A stretch of DNA of 57,515 nt from Gammaproteobacteria bacterium (GCA_041592495.1 JBFHPZ010000001.1:1-57515); one strand, 5' to 3'; shown: positions 36,162 through 45,585, numbered from the stretch's first letter. Numbers and translations: made by a program. Notes: a model not told the origin generated them from the letters alone.

Positions 36162-37436
36162 ATGAGCATGCAAGAATTATATTCGCTAAAAATCAAAAAT
36201 CTTTACCGCGCATTTATATCAGAAGGCATCGCTTTCTGGTGTGCATGTTTATATCTATTCTTCGAATATGTGCGCCCACAATCAGCTTATCCTGCAATCG
36301 ATATAATACCTTGGGGTAAAACAACCATTCTTTTAACGGCGATAACTTGGCTTATTGCGGATAAAAAAAATAAAATTCCAACTTACACGACTTTTCATTC
36401 ACTATTTTTAATCTTTTTTACGCTTATCATTGCGTCGTCCATTTTCGCATACCGCCCAGAAATTTCTTTCTCGAAATTATCTGACTTCTACTTTTGGTTA
36501 ATTATTTTCATTATTCTCACCGGAGTAATACGTACAGAGCAACGATTTTTTATTTTTCTTCTTTTATTCTTGGCTGCTAACTTCAAAATGTCGCTCCACG
36601 GCTTTACTTCCTGGGCTTCAATTGGATTCCAGTTTAGAGATTGGGGGGTAACTGGGGCGCCGGGCTGGTTCCATAATTCAGGAGAGTTTGGTGTCGAATT
36701 ATGCCTTGTTTTTCCTATAGTTGCTTTCTTTACCATGGCAATTAAAAAGCACTTAAGCCTTTCATACAAACTCTTTTTCTATTTCTTCATATTGACTGTG
36801 GTGGGTTCTGCAATTGCAACCTCATCCCGCGGGGCCATGCTAGGAGTAGCAGCAACTATTCTGTATATGATACTTATTTCTAAATACAAATTTAAGATCT
36901 TATTTTATGTCGCAATAATAGGTGCCATCGCACTTTCCTATGTGCCGGATGAAACCAAGCTTAGATTTGAATATGCTGGTGAAGATACAACTTCTACTCT
37001 AAGACTTGAGCGTTGGGAAGCTGGTATTAAGATGATGAACGAGCACCCGCTACTTGGTGTCGGCTTCCGTAATTGGTCCTGGTATTATCTCGACCGTTAC
37101 CCAGAAAATGTCCAGGGCATTTCGCACAATATCTTTATTGAGGTTGGCTCTGAGCTTGGTTATACCGGTTTGGTGCTCTGTATAATCATGTTTGCATACT
37201 CGTTTATATACAACCACAGAACAAGGCGTATCGCCAAAAATAACAATGATAATTATTATCTATGGATGGCGCATGGCTTTGATGCCGCTCTTATAGGATT
37301 TATAACAAGTGGCTTTTTTGTGACTGTTTATTATTATCCGTATTTTTGGATTAATGCTGTATTCGTAGCCGCGCTGCATAATATTGTAAAAGCTAAATAC
37401 GCTAAGAAAATAGACAGGCCTAGCTTTGTTCGATAA
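36162..37436 (+). CDS. O-antigen ligase/Wzy-like polymerase family membrane protein
   Basis: About 10-12 TM segments. Wzy_C-like segment SSRGAMLGVAATILYM and a periplasmic loop ...RLERWEAGIKMMNEHPLLGVGFRNW. Confidence 0.7.
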   Translation: MSMQELYSLKIKNLYRAFISEGIAFWCACLYLFFEYVRPQSAYPAIDIIPWGKTTILLTAITWLIADKKNKIPTYTTFHSLFLIFFTLIIASSIFAYRPEISFSKLSDFYFWLIIFIILTGVIRTEQRFFIFLLLFLAANFKMSLHGFTSWASIGFQFRDWGVTGAPGWFHNSGEFGVELCLVFPIVAFFTMAIKKHLSLSYKLFFYFFILTVVGSAIATSSRGAMLGVAATILYMILISKYKFKILFYVAIIGAIALSYVPDETKLRFEYAGEDTTSTLRLERWEAGIKMMNEHPLLGVGFRNWSWYYLDRYPENVQGISHNIFIEVGSELGYTGLVLCIIMFAYSFIYNHRTRRIAKNNNDNYYLWMAHGFDAALIGFITSGFFVTVYYYPYFWINAVFVAALHNIVKAKYAKKIDRPSFVR

Positions 37437-37440
37437 TTAC

Positions 37441-38313
37441 CTATTTTAAACTTTTCCATTCAGGAAACTCTCTATTAAGTATTGAAGATAATTCCTGTAT
37501 TTTTGGGATATAAAGTCTCGATAAATACTCTTGAACTTTTGGTTCTGAAGCATCTTCCATTTTAACTTTCTTTACCGCTAGATTTCGCAGCGCTTTTCTA
37601 AAACTCCTAGGTATGTATGGAGATAATGTATTCCACAAATTATTATTTCTTAATCTGTGAAGAATTCCTTTCCCTTTAGCCTTATCAAATTCTTTTGGTG
37701 TTGCATTGAACTTTTCAAACTTAAATTCTTCCTGTTTGAGGCTGCGCAAGCTTAGCCACTTAAATATTTTCGTGACTTCCAGATAAGGGTTTTCAATTAA
37801 CTCTTCAAAAGTCAGGGTGTAAATATTATCTAGCCCATATAAATCTATATATGGTTGCAACTGCATTGCGTAATCACCGTAAGCTATATATTCAGGCTCG
37901 TTAGTTATCGCAGTCCACATATCCCTGTTTTCCAGAATAAACTTTTTATTGTATTGTCTTCCGGATGTTGCAGTATTAAACCAGTAATGACTGATCGCTC
38001 TTTTTACTGGATCTCGCATAATGTAAATTAGTTTTGCATGAGGCGAATAATCATACATCCTATCTGCTGCATTTTTGAACGTAGGCAACTTAGTATAATG
38101 TGTGCTTGATTCTCCGATATATTTAACATTCGCAGGTGCCTTTTCAAATAATTTCATATACCATTCTGGGCCCTCATCAAAAGCTAACTCTTTGACGAAA
38201 TATCCAGGCTCCTTTTCATCCGCCATATATATATCCGGATGACATGACAAATAATTATGTAATGATGTTGTTCCAGATTTCATCGAGCCAATTATAAATA
38301 GATTCGGCTTCAT
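37441..38313 (-). CDS. Sulfotransferase family protein
   Basis: 5'-PSB motif PNLFIIGSMKSGTTSL and 3'-PB-like IYIMRDPVKRAISHY. ATG 38313 has AGGA 6 nt upstream. Confidence 0.8.
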   Translation of the reverse strand: MKPNLFIIGSMKSGTTSLHNYLSCHPDIYMADEKEPGYFVKELAFDEGPEWYMKLFEKAPANVKYIGESSTHYTKLPTFKNAADRMYDYSPHAKLIYIMRDPVKRAISHYWFNTATSGRQYNKKFILENRDMWTAITNEPEYIAYGDYAMQLQPYIDLYGLDNIYTLTFEELIENPYLEVTKIFKWLSLRSLKQEEFKFEKFNATPKEFDKAKGKGILHRLRNNNLWNTLSPYIPRSFRKALRNLAVKKVKMEDASEPKVQEYLSRLYIPKIQELSSILNREFPEWKSLK

Positions 38314-38348
38314 TAATTTTCCTTTCGAACAAAACATTGGGGTTGTAA

Positions 38349-39824
38349 TTAACGACTTATAGCGCGTTTTGCATATGTTTGCATCTTAATGTAAAGCGTT
38401 TTCTTTAGCTCAGGCTCAAGCACTGGCAACATCGCTAATACAACAACAAAACAAATAAATAATATGGTTTTTAACGCCAAAGACATATAAAAACTTTCTG
38501 GTAGAAATTGCGCTAGAATTACTGTGGTGCCCCACGCAAACAAGACTGCTGAAGCTTTCAGCCAAGGCAAATTCATATTGTAGTGTCTACTGGAAACAAA
38601 CACGACTACAACAAGCTGAGCAATTGTGGCAATCAATGCCGAAACCGCGGCCCCATAAATACCGTAATTTGGTATCAGAGCAATAAACAATCCTGTAATA
38701 ACGACAGCTTTAATAAAGGTGCTGATAAATAAATATATGGTTTTTTCGCTTAGCAATATTCCAAAATTATTAAAAAATACCAATGTCTGAAACATTTGCG
38801 TTAGAACAAGGATTGGCACGATTCCAGCTGCTGCCCAAAAAGATTGTTCTGACATAACCCACAAAACATTTTCAGTAAATAAAGCGATGCCTAGCCCTGC
38901 CAAAGCCAGCACTGAAACTAGCATTAAAAATAAATTACCATAGACGTTCTTAGCATCCTGTTGCTTATATATCTCGTAACACTGCGTTTCCCATATTTTT
39001 GAGAATGGCCCCCAAACTAAAACAAGAATTAGTAGCCCAAACTTTGCTCCAAGTGCATAAACACCTACTTCCTCCAAACCTGAAAATAAGCGCAAGAAGT
39101 ACTTATCTCCTGAGCCGACATAAATACCACCAATACCGGTCAGCCATATCGGATAACTGAATAATAGTAATTTTTTTGCCATTTCTTTTGAAAATCTGAC
39201 GCCGGAGTAGTAATAGCAATAACCTAAAGACAATAGCGCCATTGTGCTAGTTGATAGCACGGCGCTATAAATGACACCTTCGACACCTAAGCCACGGTAA
39301 ACTAGAAAATAAACATTCAAACTCACTTGTAAAATAAGTTTTGAAATGCTCACTATCAAAAACAATAAGGGGCGTTGATGTATCCGAATATATATCACCC
39401 CGTATTCTTCTATTACTTGAGTTACCAATATTAATGCAAGTATAGCCATTAGATCCGAATAACTTTCGTCACCAAGCATGACTTGGGTTGCAATATCGGC
39501 GTTAAGGTAAAGCATAATAAACGCGAAAATGCTTGCGGCAATTGTCACCATTAAAGCTGTTGAAACAACGGTCTTCTGCTTTTCAATATCACTTTCCATA
39601 AAATAGTAGCGAAAAATTGCCTGTCCCATTCTCGCACCAAGGAAAATTTCTATGATGGCAATAGCGATCATCATCATTTCGACCACACCATAACCCTCAG
39701 GGGTTAAATATCGTGTGTATATCGGAAGCATTACAAAAGCGACTATCTTTCTTAGAATGTCAGATATTCCATAGAGGAATGAGTGCTTTACTGTTTTTTT
39801 ATACGGATTGGTTTGTTCAGTCAT
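38349..39824 (-). CDS. Wzx-like polysaccharide flippase (MOP/PST superfamily)
   Basis: About 12-14 TM segments, with N-terminus KHSFLYGISDILRKIVAFVMLPIYTRYLTPEGYG. Start taken at ATG 39824. By my reading the track start 39900-39902 is TGG, which is not a start codon. Confidence 0.7.
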   Translation of the reverse strand: MTEQTNPYKKTVKHSFLYGISDILRKIVAFVMLPIYTRYLTPEGYGVVEMMMIAIAIIEIFLGARMGQAIFRYYFMESDIEKQKTVVSTALMVTIAASIFAFIMLYLNADIATQVMLGDESYSDLMAILALILVTQVIEEYGVIYIRIHQRPLLFLIVSISKLILQVSLNVYFLVYRGLGVEGVIYSAVLSTSTMALLSLGYCYYYSGVRFSKEMAKKLLLFSYPIWLTGIGGIYVGSGDKYFLRLFSGLEEVGVYALGAKFGLLILVLVWGPFSKIWETQCYEIYKQQDAKNVYGNLFLMLVSVLALAGLGIALFTENVLWVMSEQSFWAAAGIVPILVLTQMFQTLVFFNNFGILLSEKTIYLFISTFIKAVVITGLFIALIPNYGIYGAAVSALIATIAQLVVVVFVSSRHYNMNLPWLKASAVLFAWGTTVILAQFLPESFYMSLALKTILFICFVVVLAMLPVLEPELKKTLYIKMQTYAKRAISR

Positions 39825-40279
39825 ATTGCCCAGGTGCGTTAATTCGATAGAGTAATTGTGGCCGCAATTATGCCAGCATTTTGCAGCATTTGTTGCTGTC
39901 ATCCATCGACTTAAATGAACTTTACTTTATGGGTTGGGTTTTCTGTGGGTAATGGGGCTCGACTATTTTATTAACGTATCAACAAGGCTTGATTAGTGCA
40001 GCAGTAGAAGCTATTTCGGCAAGTCAAAATAACGATTCTTAACATATTGAATAATATAGAAAAAGAATCCTGGTCGGAGTCTGTCTCCTAAATGCCCGTC
40101 TTGTATAGGTCCTCTAGAAATGATTGGAGTGCGAGAAGTCATCAGCAAATTGTATGCGGCAAATCAATATCGAATGACTCCTTAATGCTCTGGATGATTC
40201 TTTCCCTGGTCAGATAAGGGTCGTATAAGGTGTTTGGGAGATTGTTTTTATGACTGAGATTAATTTAGGGGCCAATATG

Positions 40280-41791
40280 TCATTTGCTATTCCTGACATA
40301 ATCGTTAATAAAATCTAATGCGGATTTTTCTAGAAAATCCTTATCCAGGTTTCCCCCTTTATCTGATATGCATTCTTCAGAATTGCAACGATAGGTGACG
40401 ACTATTAATTCAGCAGATGAATTCGCTCGTAGCCCCTCAATGAATTGATAAAACTTTCCCTTAAATGGAGAAATCGTGAAATGGTTACCTATTTTGTAGG
40501 TCCAGGCAACCAGGTAGGATTGGTATCCTTTTTTTACACCGACAATAGATATCTGGCGTTCATTGTCTATAGTTAAATTTTGAATTTCAGTAAGGTCATC
40601 CTCTTCAGCAATCTTGTTGCTATAGTAAATCATCTCTTTTCCCTGTTTTTGTACATAGTAACTATATACGGCGGCATTAAGCCGATCATTATTTTTATTT
40701 TCCAAATACAGAGCGTTATCCCAATTAGAATAATCAATTTCGACTTGAGGTTCGGAAATTTGATGCCATTTAAAGAAAGTGAAATTATTCGAATGTGAAC
40801 CTTTTTCACTTGCATTATCAACGGAAACTATGGAATTCCCTGCTGTTAGAAAAATGCTTGATACTATAATTGGCGCAAATGAAACTTTGATAAAGCTTGA
40901 AGGTTTTACAAAGTCGGATTTGGTTTCATCAGCATGAATGCGTTTTTCCAGAGGTTCTGGAAAAAATCTATCTAAATACTTGTGTAAAGAAGGGAGCGTG
41001 AAAAAGTATATTGTTAAAACTACTGCAAAGATTATCCACCCAAATGTGCCGTGCTCATAAACAATCGAGCTTTGCATTTTAGAATAATATCCGATTAATA
41101 CTAGAGAATACACGCGAACCCAATTCGCAATTATTGCTAGCAATAATGCCAATCCAGTGTACACAACACCTTTCATAAAAGATCGTGTATTTTGCGCGGC
41201 GCTTAGTATGCCGATTACTAACCCCATCATGAAATAATTCATCCCTGCGCAGCTACCGGCCACCTTGAGTGTCCCATATGGGAGTTCGATCAGGAATCCT
41301 TGTACATGTGCGGGAATTTGAAGCCAAGTTAACCAGATTTGTACAACATGAACTGTCGCTTCACGCAAAATCGGCTGAAAGACATCCCATGCTGGCATCG
41401 CGATATAAAGGCATAAAATTGGAAGATAGAAAGAGGGGGCTGATTTTAAACCATATAGAGCTAATAGCAGGCTTGTGAATATCAATGGCAATGCTAATTG
41501 CTCAATAATCAGCATTTGGGTTGAATGGCCGAAATACCAGATTAAGCTTACCAATATGGCAATAGGGACAATCCAGTAATTGGGTTGTATTTTCGTCTTT
41601 TCAGACAATACATTCTTAATGATCCAGTACAATGAAATCGCAAGAATGAAGTATCCATGCGAATAACTCTGATCCCATTTAATCCATTTTTCATGTAATG
41701 ACGCAATGGTTTGAGAAAAGCTAAAATAAAGGACGATACAGGATAAACCTATCCAGGTTATGGATAACAATGCATGATTAGAAATGCGCAA
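40280..41791 (-). CDS. xrtA: Exosortase (XrtA-like) fused to a C-terminal EpsI-family domain
   Basis: Polytopic membrane N-half with exosortase motifs GSCAGMNYF (Cys181), ANWVRVY (Arg226) and EHGTFGW (His247). About 200 aa of soluble C-terminal domain follows. TTG start with AAGGG 7 nt upstream and no early in-frame ATG. The subtype is inferred from locus context only. Confidence 0.8.
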   Translation of the reverse strand: MRISNHALLSITWIGLSCIVLYFSFSQTIASLHEKWIKWDQSYSHGYFILAISLYWIIKNVLSEKTKIQPNYWIVPIAILVSLIWYFGHSTQMLIIEQLALPLIFTSLLLALYGLKSAPSFYLPILCLYIAMPAWDVFQPILREATVHVVQIWLTWLQIPAHVQGFLIELPYGTLKVAGSCAGMNYFMMGLVIGILSAAQNTRSFMKGVVYTGLALLLAIIANWVRVYSLVLIGYYSKMQSSIVYEHGTFGWIIFAVVLTIYFFTLPSLHKYLDRFFPEPLEKRIHADETKSDFVKPSSFIKVSFAPIIVSSIFLTAGNSIVSVDNASEKGSHSNNFTFFKWHQISEPQVEIDYSNWDNALYLENKNNDRLNAAVYSYYVQKQGKEMIYYSNKIAEEDDLTEIQNLTIDNERQISIVGVKKGYQSYLVAWTYKIGNHFTISPFKGKFYQFIEGLRANSSAELIVVTYRCNSEECISDKGGNLDKDFLEKSALDFINDYVRNSK

Positions 41792-41814
41792 ACTCTACCC
41801 TTTTATTTGGTATT

Positions 41815-42036
41815 TCAAAAATTGCCGATTTTCATTGCAGGTCTCGCCATGAACCTATGTGCCATACGCAAATTGCACCAGCCGTAGACAAAGCGATTCT
41901 CATTCCAGAACTGCTTTATCTGTCCAATGTAGGCGGCAACATTTTTGGCGCACGGGCTGAGTGGCTGTTTCAACCAAGCGTAAAATTCAATGTGATGCAA
42001 ATTTAGTATCTGATACAGGGTGCCAAATGCCCACAT
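41815..42036 (-). pseudogene. Remnant of an IS3-family transposase (OrfB N-terminal HTH region)
   Basis: The 73-aa ORF contains FYAWLKQPLSPCAKNVAAYIGQIKQFWNENRFVYGW. This resembles the conserved YAWLK-x-PLS-x-RA...I...YG segment of IS3/IS407-group OrfB. There is no OrfA and no catalytic core. Confidence 0.5.
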
Positions 42037-42366
42037 AAAATTGTCACTAAAAATTTACTGGCAATGATATCGTTACATTCTATTTTTAATACAATGCATT
42101 ATAGGATTTAATGGATACTTCTTTGAATATTTTTCGTAGATACGTTTATCGGGGATATTCTGTGAATATCGATATGTGACGGACCTCTCAGACAGTAAAA
42201 ATGAAAGTTGCAATAGTCACCCTGACACTAAAGTTATGAGTTTTAAATCCGAAAATCTTTGTAATTGTAACCGAATAGAGATTAAACACCCTTATCTAAC
42301 ATACTGTTTTCACTAAATATACCTTTTTGATAAGATATATTTATAGATTATGAAGCGAGACATATT

Positions 42367-43179
42367 ATGAGAGCGCTCAACATTTTTACCTGCTTGGTTT
42401 TGTACTCCGCCAGTCTAACCACCAATGCCGCTGTCTTACTCAAGGATACGTTTGAATCTGGCAGCCTGAATTCACCTACGAGTGGCGGAAGTTGGGGATC
42501 GGCAACAAACGTTACGAATAGTGCTAATGGTGGTTATAACAGTCAACATGCAGCCAAATTCAATTTCATTGGTAACACTTCTACAGCCTCGAATGCTGAC
42601 GCATTTTCTGAGCTACGGTTCGACTTAGGCAAATTGAGTAGCACGGTTTGGGTGCAATTTCAGCTCTATATTCCATCAAACTATGTACACCGAAATGCCG
42701 AAAGTACTGATAACAATAAATTTATCAGGCTTTGGGGTAGTGACTACAACAATGTGGAAAAAGTGGGTCTTTCCACGTGGCCGACCTCCAACGGCGGATC
42801 CAAACTTATTGCCGACTGGAATAATGGTGGAGGTATCGGCCCAAAGGGTTCTCAACACTCCGACTTTATTACATCGTCTGACCTAGGTAAGTGGATGACT
42901 ATCAAGATCCAGTTTGTTGCTGCCACATCCACTCAGCCTGGCACATTGAATCTCTGGAAGAATGGCGTAAAGGTAATCGATAACACGGGTACGGTAGACA
43001 GTTATCGGTCTGGCGAGCCTCACGCTTATAGATACGGTTATCTGCTGGGATGGTCTAATTCAGGATTCACGCAAACAACAAGCATTTTGATAGATGATGT
43101 AACATTTGCCACTAGCGAAGCTGAATTGGGCGATGCGCCAAACCCGCCAAATCCGCCATCTTTTATTCAGGTTCAATGA
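42367..43179 (+). CDS. Secreted concanavalin-A-like (lectin/glucanase/polysaccharide-lyase fold) protein
   Basis: Signal peptide MRALNIFTCLVLYSASLTTNA. Beta-rich sequence with FSELRFDL, IRLWG, W..IKIQF and LIDDVTFA, then a PNPPNPP tail. The fold and function call is tentative. Confidence 0.4.
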   Translation: MRALNIFTCLVLYSASLTTNAAVLLKDTFESGSLNSPTSGGSWGSATNVTNSANGGYNSQHAAKFNFIGNTSTASNADAFSELRFDLGKLSSTVWVQFQLYIPSNYVHRNAESTDNNKFIRLWGSDYNNVEKVGLSTWPTSNGGSKLIADWNNGGGIGPKGSQHSDFITSSDLGKWMTIKIQFVAATSTQPGTLNLWKNGVKVIDNTGTVDSYRSGEPHAYRYGYLLGWSNSGFTQTTSILIDDVTFATSEAELGDAPNPPNPPSFIQVQ

Positions 43180-43186
43180 GCCTTGG

Positions 43187-43230
43187 TCAACCACCCCTAA
43201 TTATGTCTGGAACTAATTAGGGGTGGTTGA
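43187..43230. terminator. Long perfect hairpin between convergent genes
   Basis: tcaaccacccctaatta / taattaggggtggttga: a 17-bp perfect stem with a 10-nt loop. The U-tract is weak. Confidence 0.6.
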
Positions 43231-43237
43231 TATTCAA

Positions 43238-44353
43238 CTAAACTGAAATTTTCCGATAGACTAATCTGAGCCTCTCCGCATTATTTTCCGCTGAATAGAA
43301 TTCGTTTACTCTTTTTTTAGCCCTGTTCGTTTTAGCAAGGGAGTCATTATTATGTTTAATAAGGTTGCTTAAAGCTTCAGCGTAAGCTTTGTCTGTTTGA
43401 TCTGTCACTAATATTCCGCAATTACCGTTTTCTAAGAGTTGAGGTATTCCTCCTACTGCATGTGCAATTATCGGCGTAGCTAACGCCATTGCTTCTAGTA
43501 GAGTCATTGGCAGGCCTTCATGATCCGAAGTCATCATCAGTACGTCTAGGTTTTTTATTTCCTGATGAATTTGACTTGAGTGGCCCTCGAGAATAATTTG
43601 TTTCTCTACATTGTTAGCTGAAATCATTGTTTCCAGCTCATCATATAGAGGCCCGTCACCATAGATATGAAAAGTAACATTGGTTTCTGGTTGCAGTTTC
43701 AGAAAGTAAACAGCGGCCTGAATGAATATATCAACTCGTTTGACTGGCATTAGCCGGCCAACTATTCCGACCTGATATGTCGGCGAATAAGCCTGCTTCT
43801 CGATCGCATTCAAAGCATTAACGTCTACGCCATTCTGTATTACTTCAATATTGTTGCTTGGGTAATTTCGAGCAAGAATCTCTGCTAAATCATCCGACAC
43901 CGCAATAATTTTCTGCTGCAGATAGCGGCCGCAGAATATATCCAGAAGCTTGATGGCCATTTTTGCCGGATTTTTCCAGCTGACATCATGCTCTGGAGCA
44001 CCATGGGCTGTCCTGACAGAATGTTTAACACCGCTGATTCTGGCTGCAATACTGCCTAGTACATTTTCTTTTATACGGTGTGTGTGAACGATATCCGGCC
44101 GAGCTTTCTTCATTTGCCTGACAAGGCTTAGAAAGATATTGATACTGCTGAGTTTGGATTCATCGAATACAGTGACATCGATGCCCGCGCTAAGTAATTC
44201 CTGTTCCAGTTTACCATGGTTCAGTAATACAACGGATAGCGAGATGTCTGGGAATTTCATGAGCGCCCTGGCAAGCGTAGCGAGTTGCACCTCGGCGCCG
44301 GCCCATAAATCCCCAGATGCGATATGCATGACCCTTAATGATTTCTTCTTCAT
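43238..44353 (-). CDS. Glycosyltransferase family 4 (GT-B)
   Basis: LRVMHIASGDLWAGAEVQL at the N-terminus and MMTSDHEGLPMTLLEAMALATPIIAHAVGGIPQLL (E-x7-E). Confidence 0.8.
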   Translation of the reverse strand: MKKKSLRVMHIASGDLWAGAEVQLATLARALMKFPDISLSVVLLNHGKLEQELLSAGIDVTVFDESKLSSINIFLSLVRQMKKARPDIVHTHRIKENVLGSIAARISGVKHSVRTAHGAPEHDVSWKNPAKMAIKLLDIFCGRYLQQKIIAVSDDLAEILARNYPSNNIEVIQNGVDVNALNAIEKQAYSPTYQVGIVGRLMPVKRVDIFIQAAVYFLKLQPETNVTFHIYGDGPLYDELETMISANNVEKQIILEGHSSQIHQEIKNLDVLMMTSDHEGLPMTLLEAMALATPIIAHAVGGIPQLLENGNCGILVTDQTDKAYAEALSNLIKHNNDSLAKTNRAKKRVNEFYSAENNAERLRLVYRKISV

Positions 44354-44445
44354 TGCCGATATCAGGATTTACATCTAAATGCTGGCATTGTAAGCAATTT
44401 TTCTTATAGTATCTATTAAGTTTTAAATGACTAAGGGCGGGCTTC

Positions 44446-45585
44446 TTGACTATGGCTGTTTGGTTTTTCCTGCTGGCAATTCTGTGCGTCTACAGCTATT
44501 TCCTGTATCCGGTAATTCTGAAGCTGTTGCCTGCGCGGCAATTCGGTACAACGTCCGCCAGTACAGGGACGTTTCCGCGTTTGAGCCTGATAGTAACGGC
44601 CCATAATGAAGAAGCCCGTATCCGGGAAAAGCTGGATAATTCCCTTGAGCTGGATTATCCGAAAGACCTGCTGGAAATCATAGTTGCCTCGGATTGTTCC
44701 ACTGACCAGACCGACGCGATTGTGGAATCCTATGCCGACCGGGGGGTGCGCCTGGTGCGTGCAGATCAGCGCAAAGGCAAGGAATATGCCCAGCTTTGCG
44801 CGATTCGCGAGGCGCAGGGCGATATCCTGGTGTTCTCGGATGTGGCAACCCGGATTCCCCGGGAAGCCCTGACAAAACTGGTGAGCTATTTCGCCGACCC
44901 CAAGGTGGGGGCGCTGTCCAGTGAAGACCAGTTTATCAGCAACGATGGCAAGGTCGTGGGCGAGGGCGCCTACGTGAAGTACGAAATGTGGCTGCGTCGC
45001 CTGGAATCGGAGCGTGCCGGGCTGGTAGGGTTGAGTGGTTCATTCTTTGCCGCACGCAAGGAAGTCTGTGGTCAATGGGACATCTATTCTCCCAGCGATT
45101 TCAATACCGCGCTGAATTGTGCCCAGTTAGGTTACGTGGCCATTACCTGTCCGGATGTGGTGGGTATTTACAAGGACGTTAAAGACCCCGGTCTCGAGTT
45201 CAATCGAAAGATTCGTACCGTTATTCGCGGCATGACGGCTGTTCTGCGTCATCCGGTTGTGTTGAATCCTTTTGCCCTGGGCCAGTTTGCCTTCCAGGTA
45301 TGGAGCCACAAGATTATGCGTTGGGCCGTTCCCTGGTTGTTACTGGCCTTCGCTGTCGTGACCTTGATGCTGCAGGGGCAGGGGCTGATTTATAGCCTTG
45401 CGCTGCTGGCGCAACTCGCCTTCTACGGCGCGGCGATTGCGGGGTGGTTGTCTGAGGCGTTGCGAGACAATACTCTGATCCGCATCGTGTTCTTCTTTGT
45501 GCAGACCAATCTTGCGTTGGCCTATGCCATGGTGCAGTTTGCCCTGGGGAAACGCATGACAGTCTGGACACCATCGAAGCGCTGA
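44446..45585 (+). CDS. Membrane-anchored glycosyltransferase family 2
   Basis: LSLIVTAHNEE...IIVASDCSTDQTD...RKGKEYA...VFSDVATR, followed by C-terminal TM helices. TTG at 44446, with an alternative ATG at 44452. Confidence 0.8.
   Translation: MTMAVWFFLLAILCVYSYFLYPVILKLLPARQFGTTSASTGTFPRLSLIVTAHNEEARIREKLDNSLELDYPKDLLEIIVASDCSTDQTDAIVESYADRGVRLVRADQRKGKEYAQLCAIREAQGDILVFSDVATRIPREALTKLVSYFADPKVGALSSEDQFISNDGKVVGEGAYVKYEMWLRRLESERAGLVGLSGSFFAARKEVCGQWDIYSPSDFNTALNCAQLGYVAITCPDVVGIYKDVKDPGLEFNRKIRTVIRGMTAVLRHPVVLNPFALGQFAFQVWSHKIMRWAVPWLLLAFAVVTLMLQGQGLIYSLALLAQLAFYGAAIAGWLSEALRDNTLIRIVFFFVQTNLALAYAMVQFALGKRMTVWTPSKR

Larger units (their letters stand above)
31900..44400. other. AT-rich (compositionally distinct) cassette inside the EPS locus
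   Basis: Hand counts of 60-nt samples give 43% GC at 32101-32160 and 38% at 36401-36460. The flanks give 58% at 29101-29160 and 62% at 45721-45780. The boundaries are approximate. Confidence 0.6.

Noticed and set aside
38349-39902. Track start of the Wzx-like ORF at 39902
   Set aside because: By my reading, the codon at 39900-39902 on the minus strand is TGG, which is not a start codon. I used the first in-frame ATG (39824), which also gives a typical flippase N-terminus.
40061-40186. Start-less + strand frame KKNPGRSLSPKCPSCIGPLEMIGVREVISKLY... in the 377-bp spacer between the wzx-like gene and the exosortase, reminiscent of a transposase Zn-ribbon
   Set aside because: It has only a CxxC pair, no start codon and no second Cys pair. 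The similarity is impressionistic. It may be decayed DNA in the AT-rich cassette, but I cannot support a call.
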